Notes: generated by a model from the letters alone, not told the origin. Positions 49,809-60,160 are shown, numbered from the stretch's first letter. The stretch is DNA of 64,000 nucleotides from Thermomicrobiales bacterium (GCA_034431475.1 DAOUDE010000052.1:6825-70824), one strand, 5' to 3'. Made by a program: numbers and translations.

Positions 49809-52670
49809 TCAACCTTCCTCGACGATGAGCAGCGGCTGGCTTTCCGCCGCGGCGCTTCCTTCCGCTGGAATCCATTCTCGCGCAGCGCGCGGAAGCTCGC
49901 GGGCGCTTCCAACTTCTACCGTGCATTCTGGCAACGACTGCAGGAACGTGGCCCCATAGCGCTTCGTCAGGATGCGGCGGTCCAGCACGGCGCACACCCC
50001 CCGGTCATTGCTGGAGCGGATGAGGCGTCCGAACCCCTGCTTGAAGCGCAACACCGCCTGTGGCACGGCGTACCCGGCAAAGGCATCCTCGAACGCCTCA
50101 CTACGCGCGGCGATAATCGGATCGGTCGGTACGCTGAAGGGGAGCCGGGTAATGAGGAGAAGACTGAGCGCCTCGCCCGCCACATCCACCCCTTCCCAGA
50201 AGGACGACGTACCCAGCACGGCGACATGGCGCTCTCGCCGCAGCCGCTCGGTCAACTGCTGTGGCGAACCATCACGCCGCTGTGCCAGCACCACGACTCC
50301 GCGGTCCAGCAATGGCCCTGTGATCGCGCGGGCCATGTCCGCCAGCAGCGCATGTGAGGTGAACAGCACCAGCGCCTTCCCCCGCGTTGCGTCGATGGTC
50401 TCGATCAGCGTTTGCTCCAGCGCATCGCGGTAGGCGTAGCTGGTGGGGTCCGGGATGTCGTCTGCCAGGTAGAGGAGGACCGAGCGCCGGTAGTCAAATG
50501 GCGACGGCACGATCAGTGACTGCGCGTCGGGAATGCCAAGTCGACCGGCGACGTAGTCGCACGTCCCGTCAATCGCCAACGTCGCGCTGGTCAGCACGGT
50601 CGTGCGCGGCCGCTTGAAGAGCTTTTCCTGGAGCAAGCCGCTGACATCGAGTGGTGCGGAACGGAACACCAGCCGTTCGGCCGCTCCGACACGTTCCAGC
50701 CAGTAGACGCGGTCACTCTCGGGGGTGTCGAACGCGCTGACGAAGCGAGCGGCCATCTCGGTGCCGAACCGGATCGTGCTCTGGAGATCGCCAAGCAACA
50801 ACTCTTGCCGCTCTCCCGCTTCCGCGAGATCGGCGACGGCGACGTCATCGATGGCGTCGACCGCTGTGAGAAACCACCGCAGCTCCTTTTCGGCATCCTT
50901 GAGCGAGCCCAGCAAGCGGTCCCAGCCGGCATCGACGGCTTCCCAGGATGCAAGCGCCCGGGTAGCCGATGTCACCCGTCGTGTCCGCTCACCTCCGCCC
51001 GAGACGTCTCCCGCCTCCTGGAGCACACCCTCAAGCGCAGCGAACAACTCACGGCCAGCGTTGCGCAAGCGGGCAGCGACCTCTAGCGCGGCGTCCACGT
51101 GCTGGCGTGCGTCCCGTGCCCGCTTCTGACCTGCGTCATCTTCGACTGCGCCGAGCAGAAAGCCCATGGCCCCCGCGACAACCCCGCTGACTGCCGTACC
51201 ATCGCTGACCGCTAGCGCATCTGCATATTCCGCGATGTCGCGCTCCTGCACGGTGAACGTGAACTGCGACGTGGCCTGATCTTCGAGGTGATGGGCTTCG
51301 TCAACGATGAGCGTGTCGAACGGTGGCAGGATGCGATTGCTGGACGCCGCGTCCGTCAGTAACAGGGCGTGGTTCACTACCACCAGGTGCGCCGCCTCTG
51401 CTGCCCGCCGCGCCCGGAACAGGAAGCACTGTCCCCGGTGATGAAACACGCAGGAGCCGGGATCACAGGAACCTTCTTCCTCGGCAATCTGCCGCCAGAA
51501 GCGCTCTTCCCCTGCGGTCAGGAGCAGTTCCGCACGGTCACCCGTTTGCGTTCGCGGCAGCCAGGCGAGCACCTTGCCCTTGAGGCTGGCTTCTTCGATC
51601 TCGAGGGATGGCTGCCGCTCCCACGCGAACCAGCGCCGCAAGCACAAGTAGTTCGCCCGCCCTTTCACGGCCACCACACCGACAGGCTTGCCGGTGTCTG
51701 CACGTTCCAGGGCCGAGGTCAGGTCGGGAACGTCCTTCCGCAACAATTGATCCTGAAGCGCCAGCGTGTTGGTTGAAAGCACCGCGGTCTGGCCGCGCTC
51801 GGCGGCGGAGAGCGCAGCCGGAACGAGGTATGCGAGGCTCTTTCCGGTGCCGGTTCCCGCTTCAACGAGCAGTTGGCCGCTCTCGTTGATGGCGTGGGCA
51901 ACGGCCTCCGCCATCTGCTCTTGCTGCAAGCGTCGCTCAAACCCCGCGATGACCCCGGCCAGCGATCCCCCTGGCCCCAGGATTTCCTGTAGTGCCTCGT
52001 CCGCGATGTCTTCCAGCGATCCGGTGGGCTCCAGTTCTTCTTCACGAGGGCGGTCACGCAAAAACTGCAACTCGGGAGGATCGAGCCGTCGCACCGGAAT
52101 CTCGGCACGCAGCCTGGCGTTCCTGACCGGCTCGAAGAGCGAGGCGAACGGCCATTCGGCTTCCGTGGCGTGGAGGTGAATCCGCTCCAGCGTCAGGTCG
52201 TCGTATTCAGCGATCCGCACCAGGAGGGCTTCAAAGATATCGGCGATATGCTGCGCTTCATCCTGCTCGATCTCTGGCAGGCCGAGGCTTTCCCGCAGCG
52301 ACGTCACGTCGGGGGCAGGCAGGCCCGGAATGAGTAGCGCCCCCAAAGCGGCGACATCGATGGCCGGCTCATGCAGGCGAACGCCATCTGCCGCGAGTAC
52401 GGCGAGCACCGACTCGGCGTCCCGCGTGACGACTGCCTTTGACCCAATCAACTCTCGCAGATCGGTCGCGATGTCCGACCAGCGCCGCGCAGCGTGAGAT
52501 GCCGGGTGGGTGGTTCCCCGCCGGCTCCCTGCGGAACTGACAGACGCCTGAAATTCGCTGCGCGCACCCGTACTTCGCACATCAACGGCAGTAATCCGCT
52601 GCACGCGGTCGCGTCGGGGGTCGAGACCGGAAACCGTCACGCACAGCGCAACGTAGGCTGGAAGAGACAT
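49809..52670 (-). CDS. dinG: DinG-family ATP-dependent DNA helicase with an N-terminal DnaQ-like (apparently degenerate) exonuclease domain
   Basis: 953-aa ORF with Walker A AGTGTGKSLAYLVPA, DEAH (VDEAHHLED), four Cys suitable for a 4Fe-4S cluster, and C-terminal helicase motifs (FWEGVD, QGFGRLIR). Confidence 0.85.
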   Translation of the reverse strand: MSLPAYVALCVTVSGLDPRRDRVQRITAVDVRSTGARSEFQASVSSAGSRRGTTHPASHAARRWSDIATDLRELIGSKAVVTRDAESVLAVLAADGVRLHEPAIDVAALGALLIPGLPAPDVTSLRESLGLPEIEQDEAQHIADIFEALLVRIAEYDDLTLERIHLHATEAEWPFASLFEPVRNARLRAEIPVRRLDPPELQFLRDRPREEELEPTGSLEDIADEALQEILGPGGSLAGVIAGFERRLQQEQMAEAVAHAINESGQLLVEAGTGTGKSLAYLVPAALSAAERGQTAVLSTNTLALQDQLLRKDVPDLTSALERADTGKPVGVVAVKGRANYLCLRRWFAWERQPSLEIEEASLKGKVLAWLPRTQTGDRAELLLTAGEERFWRQIAEEEGSCDPGSCVFHHRGQCFLFRARRAAEAAHLVVVNHALLLTDAASSNRILPPFDTLIVDEAHHLEDQATSQFTFTVQERDIAEYADALAVSDGTAVSGVVAGAMGFLLGAVEDDAGQKRARDARQHVDAALEVAARLRNAGRELFAALEGVLQEAGDVSGGGERTRRVTSATRALASWEAVDAGWDRLLGSLKDAEKELRWFLTAVDAIDDVAVADLAEAGERQELLLGDLQSTIRFGTEMAARFVSAFDTPESDRVYWLERVGAAERLVFRSAPLDVSGLLQEKLFKRPRTTVLTSATLAIDGTCDYVAGRLGIPDAQSLIVPSPFDYRRSVLLYLADDIPDPTSYAYRDALEQTLIETIDATRGKALVLFTSHALLADMARAITGPLLDRGVVVLAQRRDGSPQQLTERLRRERHVAVLGTSSFWEGVDVAGEALSLLLITRLPFSVPTDPIIAARSEAFEDAFAGYAVPQAVLRFKQGFGRLIRSSNDRGVCAVLDRRILTKRYGATFLQSLPECTVEVGSARELPRAAREWIPAEGSAAAESQPLLIVEEG

Positions 52671-52692
52671 TGGGCTGACGCTATCCGACTTT

Positions 52693-53862
52693 CTAGATTA
52701 CCTGCGCAGCGAGAAGTTCACAGATCGCTAACGAAAGCAGCCCCAGTTGGGCCAGCCCCAGGGGTACGGACGCGGTATCGATGAACTCATCAACGCGGTG
52801 AACGTTGCCACCACTCGTGAGGCCGACACACACGGCCGGAATCCCTGCTGCAATCGGCACGTTGGCATCCGTGCTGGAGGCATCCAGAGTGGCGTCGATG
52901 CCGAGCACGTTCAGCGTCGCGGTCGCGATCTTGACGATCGGGCTATCCACCGGCACGACTCCGGCCGGGCGCTCCCCGATGGTTTCCAGGGTCACCGTGA
53001 CCCCATCAGGTCGGCTGTGCTTCGCCGCCAGGCGGTTCACCCGTTCACTCAACCGTTGCAGCGAGTTCTCGTCGGTAGACCGCAAGTCAAGCAGGCAGGA
53101 GACCGAGGGCGCAATGGTGTTGACCGACACGCCTCCTTCAATTGTCCCGACATTCAGCGTGGTCTTTGGCATCCGGGGGAGTGGGATAGCGTCCAGATCC
53201 GCGATGAATTTCGCCATTACGTGAATGGCGCTAGGCTGGCCAAAATCGCCCCAGGAGTGCCCGCCAGGGCCCCCGGCAGTTACCCGATAACGTCGGCTGC
53301 CCACAGCGACGTGCGTGACCCGGCCCAGGTTGTGCCCCTCCAGGGCAATCACCGCGCCCACGTCCGGGTAAGCGTTCATCACTTCGCGGATTCCGCGCAG
53401 GTTGCCCAGTCCCTCCTCACCCACGTTGCCAGTAATCAGGACATCCACCGCCGGCTTCAGCCCTGCGGCCGCAAACACCTGTGGCAGCGACAGAACCGAA
53501 GCTACGGCAAGGCTATTGTCACCAATACCCGGCCCGGCCAATCGCCCTTCACTGGCGCTCACCTGGAGTGGCACATCCTTCCCGAACACCGTGTCCAGGT
53601 GCGCGGCAATCAGCAGCGGTTTCGCGCCGGTTCCCGGCGAGAGCCGCCCCGGAATCCTGGCGACGACATCGCCAAGATCGTCGGCCGTAACCTGGAGCCC
53701 GAGTTGCGCTGCATGGTGCTGGAAGAACCGCGAGCGCCGGGTCTCATCGTTCGTCGGCGCCGGAATCTCAGAAACCTGCCGCGTCAGGGAAAGGACTTGC
53801 GGCGCGAGCGCTTCGGCGGCTTCGCGCAAGGCGTGGACATGGTCAGGGGCATCGAGAATCAC
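52693..53862 (-). CDS. M20-family metallopeptidase/deacylase (ArgE/DapE/PepT-like)
   Basis: 389-aa ORF with metal-ligand motifs (AAHLDTV, GDNSLAV, GEEGLGNLRG). Confidence 0.8.
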   Translation of the reverse strand: MILDAPDHVHALREAAEALAPQVLSLTRQVSEIPAPTNDETRRSRFFQHHAAQLGLQVTADDLGDVVARIPGRLSPGTGAKPLLIAAHLDTVFGKDVPLQVSASEGRLAGPGIGDNSLAVASVLSLPQVFAAAGLKPAVDVLITGNVGEEGLGNLRGIREVMNAYPDVGAVIALEGHNLGRVTHVAVGSRRYRVTAGGPGGHSWGDFGQPSAIHVMAKFIADLDAIPLPRMPKTTLNVGTIEGGVSVNTIAPSVSCLLDLRSTDENSLQRLSERVNRLAAKHSRPDGVTVTLETIGERPAGVVPVDSPIVKIATATLNVLGIDATLDASSTDANVPIAAGIPAVCVGLTSGGNVHRVDEFIDTASVPLGLAQLGLLSLAICELLAAQVI

Positions 53863-54079
53863 GCTGGCTCCGGCTCGCTGTTCCGGTACGGATCACGCAT
53901 TCGTGATCTCCGCTGAGACCCGGAGTCGCTCGATTCGCTTGCTGCGAAACACCCGTAATGATACCAAAAATCCGCTCCATTCCTGACAAATTCCATCAAC
54001 CTCCGCCAAGATTGAGACCAGAATCGGGAAGCGTATCGGCCACCGCTGGCCGTTGGCACAACCATCGTGGCCAACCAAC

Positions 54080-54108
54080 TTGACACCCTCACACAACCGC
54101 ACTAGTTT
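54080..54108 (+). promoter_or_regulatory. Putative sdhAB promoter (TTGACA-17-TAGTTT)
   Basis: TTGACA at 54080-54085, 17-nt spacer, TAGTTT at 54103-54108. Confidence 0.45.
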
Positions 54109-54120
54109 TGCCCGGGAAGA

Positions 54121-54136
54121 GGCATTCATGAATGCC
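54121..54136. repeat. Perfect 16-bp palindrome GGCATTCATGAATGCC (candidate operator just downstream of the sdhA -10)
   Basis: Read directly from the sequence. It starts 13 nt after the putative -10 element. Confidence 0.35.
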
Positions 54137-54199
54137 GGCGCTTGCGCGTGTCTTTCTCCCCGTTCGCCCCGAAGCGGACCAGCCCACGGAGGACCCAAC

Positions 54200-55930
<1,731 letters not shown>

Positions 55931-56011
55931 CGGCGAGACGGTGCGTCAGGCCGGAACTCCCTGGAGTCGCCTGGTCCGCTACGAGGGCATCATCTTCCGA
56001 GGAGCAATTGC

Positions 56012-56710
56012 GTGGAGTACACGTTTCGGATCAAGCGCTACGATCCAGATGTCGACGTCAAGCCGTACTTCAAGGAGTACACGGTCAGTCTCGACCAGAC
56101 GGATCGCGTTCTGGACGGTCTGAACGCCATCAAGTGGGATCAGGACGGCACGCTCACCTACCGTCGCTCCTGCGCGCACGGCGTGTGCGGCTCAGATGCT
56201 GTGCGAATCAATGGCCGCAACTATCTGGCGTGCAAGACGCTGATGAACGAGTTCGGCAAGAAGATCACGATCGAGCCCCTGATCGGCTTCAAGGTCGTCA
56301 AGGATCTCGTCGTCGACATGGAGCAGTTCTTCGACAGCTACAAGTCGATCAAGCCGTATCTAATTGCTGGCGAGGCCCCGGCCGGAGAAGAACGCCGGCA
56401 GACCCCGGAGCAACTGGAGCGCTTTGAGAGCGCAACCAAGTGCATCCTCTGTGCTGCCTGCACTACCTCCTGCCCGATCACCTGGACGAACGAGAGCTTC
56501 GTCGGCCCGGCAGCCATCGTGAACGCCGGCCGCTTCATCTACGACAGCCGGGATGAAGGGGCTGCCGAGCGCCTGCGCATCCTCAACGCTCAGTCCGGTG
56601 TGTGGCGCTGTCGCACGGTTTTCAATTGCACCGAGGCGTGCCCACGCGATATTGAGGTGACGAAGATCATTGAGGACGTGAAGCGTTCGCTGCTCCTGGA
56701 GCAGGTGTAA
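56012..56710 (+). CDS. sdhB: Succinate dehydrogenase iron-sulfur subunit
   Basis: 232-aa ORF with three Cys clusters ([21 protein letters not shown]; [11 protein letters not shown]; [12 protein letters not shown]). The GTG start is preceded by GAGGAG. Confidence 0.9.
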   Translation: MEYTFRIKRYDPDVDVKPYFKEYTVSLDQTDRVLDGLNAIKWDQDGTLTYRRSCAHGVCGSDAVRINGRNYLACKTLMNEFGKKITIEPLIGFKVVKDLVVDMEQFFDSYKSIKPYLIAGEAPAGEERRQTPEQLERFESATKCILCAACTTSCPITWTNESFVGPAAIVNAGRFIYDSRDEGAAERLRILNAQSGVWRCRTVFNCTEACPRDIEVTKIIEDVKRSLLLEQV

Positions 56711-56717
56711 ACCCCAT

Positions 56718-56735
56718 CGCGGGAGGTTTCCCGCG
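56718..56735 (+). terminator. Short hairpin after sdhB
   Basis: CGCGGGA-GGTT-TCCCGCG, 8 nt after the stop; no U-tract. Confidence 0.4.
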
Positions 56736-56850
56736 CCGGGAACGCAACGGCATGGAAACGCATCCAATGGGCAGAACGGGCGGTGGTTGGCGCAACAGGC
56801 CGTCAATCATCGCTTTCGGTTCGATGAACGAATCGGCCCAGGAGGCTGTC

Positions 56851-57540
56851 ATGGCGTTCCCATCTTTCCTGAAGGCAGGCATTGTTCGTCGCGTTGCCCA
56901 GTTCACCCTGATCGTTGCGTTGCTGGGCTTGCCGGGGATCGCCACCTCGGCGCTCGCCCACAGCGCTTCGCAGCCCGATGCTGCTCAAGGGATCACCAGT
57001 CCGAGCGGGCTCACGCTCAATAACACCATGCGAGAACTGTGGGCCCAGCACATGGAATGGACCTACGCGGCCGTCACGGCTTACGCCACGGAATCACCCT
57101 CATTCGATGCCACGTTGGCGCGGCTAATGCAGAACCAGGTGGATATCGGCGACGCCATCAGGCCCTACTATGGGGACAAGGCGGGCGATGTGCTGACGAA
57201 GCTTCTGCAGCAGCATATTGACGACGCGGTCGCCGTTGTCAAAGCCGCCAAGGCGGGCGACAAGCTGGCAACGGACACCGCCATCGCGGCTGCCTACGCT
57301 AACGCGCAGGAGATCGCCGACTTCCTGGCCGGCGCCAACCCGAATTGGCCGCAGGCGACCGTGCGCGACATGCTCAAGGGACACATTGACACCACACTCG
57401 TCTACGCCACGGCACTGCTGGAGGGCAACTACGCCGATGGCATTGCTGCCTACGGTACTGCCGAGGCGCACATGATGATGCTGGCCGATGCACTGACCAG
57501 CGGCCTGATCGCCGAATTCCCTGACAGGTTCGAGAATTGA
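56851..57540 (+). CDS. Secreted all-helical hypothetical protein
   Basis: The ATG at 56851 is preceded by GGAGG. Signal peptide ([24 protein letters not shown]). The mature part has two similar helical halves ([14 protein letters not shown]...; [18 protein letters not shown]...). Confidence 0.6.
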   Translation: MAFPSFLKAGIVRRVAQFTLIVALLGLPGIATSALAHSASQPDAAQGITSPSGLTLNNTMRELWAQHMEWTYAAVTAYATESPSFDATLARLMQNQVDIGDAIRPYYGDKAGDVLTKLLQQHIDDAVAVVKAAKAGDKLATDTAIAAAYANAQEIADFLAGANPNWPQATVRDMLKGHIDTTLVYATALLEGNYADGIAAYGTAEAHMMMLADALTSGLIAEFPDRFEN

Positions 57541-57603
57541 CGCAGGGCAGTTTCCCTGCCAGGTCACTGGCTGGAAGCCAGTTCGCCCGTCGCGTAGGTC
57601 AAG

Positions 57604-57648
57604 GCCCGGGGCCGGCTTCACGCCGTGTGCGTGAAGCCGGCCCCGGGC
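57604..57648 (+). terminator. 20-bp perfect GC-rich hairpin
   Basis: GCCCGGGGCCGGCTTCACGC-CGTGT-GCGTGAAGCCGGCCCCGGGC. It is the third of three consecutive stem-loops after the stop at 57540. Confidence 0.6.
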
Positions 57649-57812
57649 GGCCGCTGTGCCCTGGCTGGCGCGGGCGTTGCCCGGCCAACCCGACGCCGCG
57701 ACTTCCCTGGCAACGCGCTTGAATGCCTGATATTGCATTCGATCCACGAGATGATTAGGCTTCGCGCCGGATTCGCCGGAATCGCACCTGCCCTGACGGC
57801 CAGGAGCCTTTC

Positions 57813-58526
57813 ATGACCTCCCGTCACCATCTGGAAGATGTCTCCGTGCTGCCAGTCGCTGAAGAGCACGAACTTATCGCGCAAGCAGTCGCAGGTGAGG
57901 GCGTGGCCTTTGAGGTATTGATGCGCCGTCACAATCAGCTTCTGTTCCGCACGGCCTACAGTATTCTCCAGAGCGAGACAGATGCCGAAGACGCTGTGCA
58001 GGAGGCCTACCTGCGCGCGTGGCGCGCGCTTGGTTCATTTCGTTCAGAGAGCCGGTTTTCAACCTGGCTGGTGCGCATCGTTACCAACGAGGCGCTGGGC
58101 CGGGTCCGCCGCACCAGAACACAGGTCATCCCTCTGGAGGCTGCCATGACGTCGCCGGACTCCGCAGCCCAGGCAGCCCTTACCAGCGACTCCGAGCACG
58201 ACCCCGAGCAGTCGGCGGTACGCGCACAGGCCCGCAAGTTCATGGAAAATCGCATCGACCTGCTACCAGATGTCTATCGGACGGTGTTCATGCTGCGAGC
58301 GGTAGAGGACATGAGCGTCGCGGAGGTCGCCGAGGCGCTCGATATACCGGAAGCGACCGTGCGTTCGCGCTATTTCCGGGCACGCGGCCTGCTGCGGGAA
58401 AGTCTCGGCGGCCAACCAGAAACGGCGCTTGGCGAGGTCTTCGCCTTCGACGGTACGCGCTGCGACCGTCTGGTCGCAAATGTGCTTGCGAAAGCGCGCG
58501 CCGAAGGATTGTGTGGCGGAAGCTAG
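57813..58526 (+). CDS. ECF (group 4) sigma-70 family RNA polymerase sigma factor with a short Cys-containing C-terminal extension
   Basis: Region 2 (DAEDAVQEAYLRAWRALGSF...FSTWLVRIVTNEA) and region 4 (VFMLRAVEDMSVAEVAEALDIPEATVRSRYFRAR). RBS AGGAG. Confidence 0.85.
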   Translation: MTSRHHLEDVSVLPVAEEHELIAQAVAGEGVAFEVLMRRHNQLLFRTAYSILQSETDAEDAVQEAYLRAWRALGSFRSESRFSTWLVRIVTNEALGRVRRTRTQVIPLEAAMTSPDSAAQAALTSDSEHDPEQSAVRAQARKFMENRIDLLPDVYRTVFMLRAVEDMSVAEVAEALDIPEATVRSRYFRARGLLRESLGGQPETALGEVFAFDGTRCDRLVANVLAKARAEGLCGGS

Positions 58527-58581
58527 GTCCCTCAGGAGCGTGGCACCGTCGTTGCCGCCCTTTGTTTCGAGGATTGCAGCA

Positions 58582-58613
58582 GAACGCCTCGCTCATTTCC
58601 GAGCGAGGCGTTC
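58582..58613. terminator. 13-bp perfect hairpin shared by the sigma factor gene (+) and the SRP RNA (-)
   Basis: GAACGCCTCGCTC-ATTTCC-GAGCGAGGCGTTC. Confidence 0.55.
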
Positions 58614-58629
58614 ATGGAGTAGACCGTGC

Positions 58630-58893
58630 ACCCCTTGTCGATCACACCACTCCGGCTTGTCGACGGTCGTTAACTCCGGTCGGGCTGTCCCTTCGTCACC
58701 CAGGGAGGTCGGTTTACGGCTGCTACCTTCCGGTCCTGACCGGGTTCGCCGTTCCCCGCCGCGAGGGACCCTTCCATCAACATCACGTATCGCCGCCAGT
58801 CCCGAAGCACCGGACCTCGAAGGGGAATTCGACCCCGCTAAGGCGGGTTGCGGGTTCAGGGCACCGCCAGCTCCCCATCTAGCACGATCAAGC
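58630..58893 (-). ncRNA. ffs: Signal recognition particle RNA, long (Alu-domain-containing, Bacillus-type) form; ends approximate
   Basis: The minus strand contains CCCGGTCAGGACCGGAAGGTAGCAGCC, which matches the conserved domain IV of E. coli 4.5S RNA (CCAGGUCAGGUCCGGAAGGAAGCAGCC). It also has 5' Alu-like blocks GGCGGTGCC and GGGGTCGAATTCCCCTTCGAGG. TATACT (58903-58898) is a candidate -10 element. Confidence 0.8.
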
Positions 58894-58946
58894 CCTCAGT
58901 ATACCCTGCGGGCACCCGCGGCGCCATGACATAACTTGAAGGTTAC

Positions 58947-59300
58947 CTATGGCGTCGGGCAGATCAACGGCCAGTCCTCGGGCTGTGGACCCGCATCACT
59001 CATGTCCGGGTTGTCCACCAGCCGGCGCAGAACCCGAACGCTCAGGTCGTCGCAGGAACGTACCTGGCACGAGAGCCGCATGTTTTCAGGAAGATCGCTG
59101 AGCGTCGCCAGCTTGGCTGCTTCTGCCTCGGTCATCGGCCCGGGATCTCCCGCGAGAATCTGGACGCGACAGGTGGTGCACCGGGCGTTCCCCCCACACC
59201 GGTGCAGGATGTCCACACCGGCGTTCATGATCGCCAGCACCAACCGTTCGCCGTCCGGCGCCGTGGTGACGCCGATTCCCTCCATCTCGACCTGCGCCAT
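58947..59300 (-). CDS. 2Fe-2S ferredoxin
   Basis: 117-aa ORF with the Cys pattern C-x5-C-x2-C ... C (CGGNARCTTC ... SC). Confidence 0.8.
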   Translation of the reverse strand: MAQVEMEGIGVTTAPDGERLVLAIMNAGVDILHRCGGNARCTTCRVQILAGDPGPMTEAEAAKLATLSDLPENMRLSCQVRSCDDLSVRVLRRLVDNPDMSDAGPQPEDWPLICPTP

Positions 59301-59326
59301 GATCCCTCTCCTCCCTCGATTACTCG

Positions 59327-59749
59327 CTAGGCGTGAAAGCGCGGCCCGCCAAGGGTGCGCTGCCGGAAACGCTCGGAGAACTCTGCGGCATGTGGCCCCG
59401 CGAGCACGATCGACCCACAGTGGCCGTGGCGCGAGGTGCCTGTGACAAAGCTGTAGACCACCGCCCCCTCGACGAACTTGCGCTCGGAATAGAAGATCTC
59501 CGTGCTGATCCGCGCGAAGATCTCAAAAGCAACCTGGTCTGCGGTCATGAGATCCTTGACGGGGCGATCCACCCAGAACTGCAACGTCAGGTGGTGATCG
59601 TCCAGTTCAGGCTCTCCGATCAGGTGAGCATCCGCAGTGTCCGCGACCAGTCGCTCAGCCTCAATGGCAAAGCGGATATTGGCATCGGTATCCGTCCCCC
59701 ACTCCGCCCCGTAGCGAGCGCGCAGCAGTTCTACAATATCGTCCAGCAT
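59327..59749 (-). CDS. Hypothetical protein (140 aa)
   Basis: The internal ATG at 59749 (MLDDIVELLRARYG...) is preceded by GGGAGGGG. The gene lies 26 nt upstream of the ferredoxin gene. The longer track ORF (to 59968) would overlap the divergent small ORF. Confidence 0.5.
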   Translation of the reverse strand: MLDDIVELLRARYGAEWGTDTDANIRFAIEAERLVADTADAHLIGEPELDDHHLTLQFWVDRPVKDLMTADQVAFEIFARISTEIFYSERKFVEGAVVYSFVTGTSRHGHCGSIVLAGPHAAEFSERFRQRTLGGPRFHA

Positions 59750-59890
59750 GCGGGCGTCCTGCCCCTCCCGGTTCACTCCAGTGCACAACCGATTAATAAA
59801 CCAGTTCTCCCATTTTGCACAGCCGGCGCAAATGGCGCTGTGTTTGGTAGGCTGGCAGTCGCAGATGAGCGTGCGGAAGGAGTGGGTTGC

Positions 59891-60160
59891 GTGGTGCAGC
59901 AGGTGCTGGATTGGGTCTTCAAGCGAGAGCGGGTGGAGCCCGAAGTCCCGCTCTGCCCGGATCACCACACGCCAATGCAGTTGCGCGGCTACATTGGCAG
60001 GCCCGCACGCTTCACATACCAGCAGAACGAGAGCTACACAGTGGTCTACTTTTGCCCCGTGCAGGGGTGCAACGAGACAGAAGAGCGCGAGCTGTCGAGG
60101 ACGCAGATTCCCGTGCCGGACGTCAGCCCACGACGCCCGGATTTCTCGCGCAGGGGCTAG
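59891..60160 (+). CDS. Small hypothetical protein (89 aa) with a possible zinc-ribbon-like Cys/His set
   Basis: The GTG at 59891 is preceded by GGAAGGAG 8 nt upstream. GC3 is very high by eye. The sequence contains LCPDHH ... FCPVQGC. It is the 3' part of track ORF 59333..60160. Confidence 0.45.
   Translation: MVQQVLDWVFKRERVEPEVPLCPDHHTPMQLRGYIGRPARFTYQQNESYTVVYFCPVQGCNETEERELSRTQIPVPDVSPRRPDFSRRG

Noticed and set aside
54046-54066. Sigma-54 type promoter (TGGCAC at 54052-54057).
   Set aside because: The -12 element reads TCGT rather than TTGC at the required spacing, and a good sigma70-type promoter follows 25 nt downstream.
58527-58946. tmRNA or RNase P RNA in the large non-coding gap.
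   Set aside because: There is no tRNA-like acceptor end or tag reading frame, and no RNase P P4 signature (GGAAAGUCCGG / ACAGAACCCGGCUUA). The conserved block instead matches SRP RNA domain IV.
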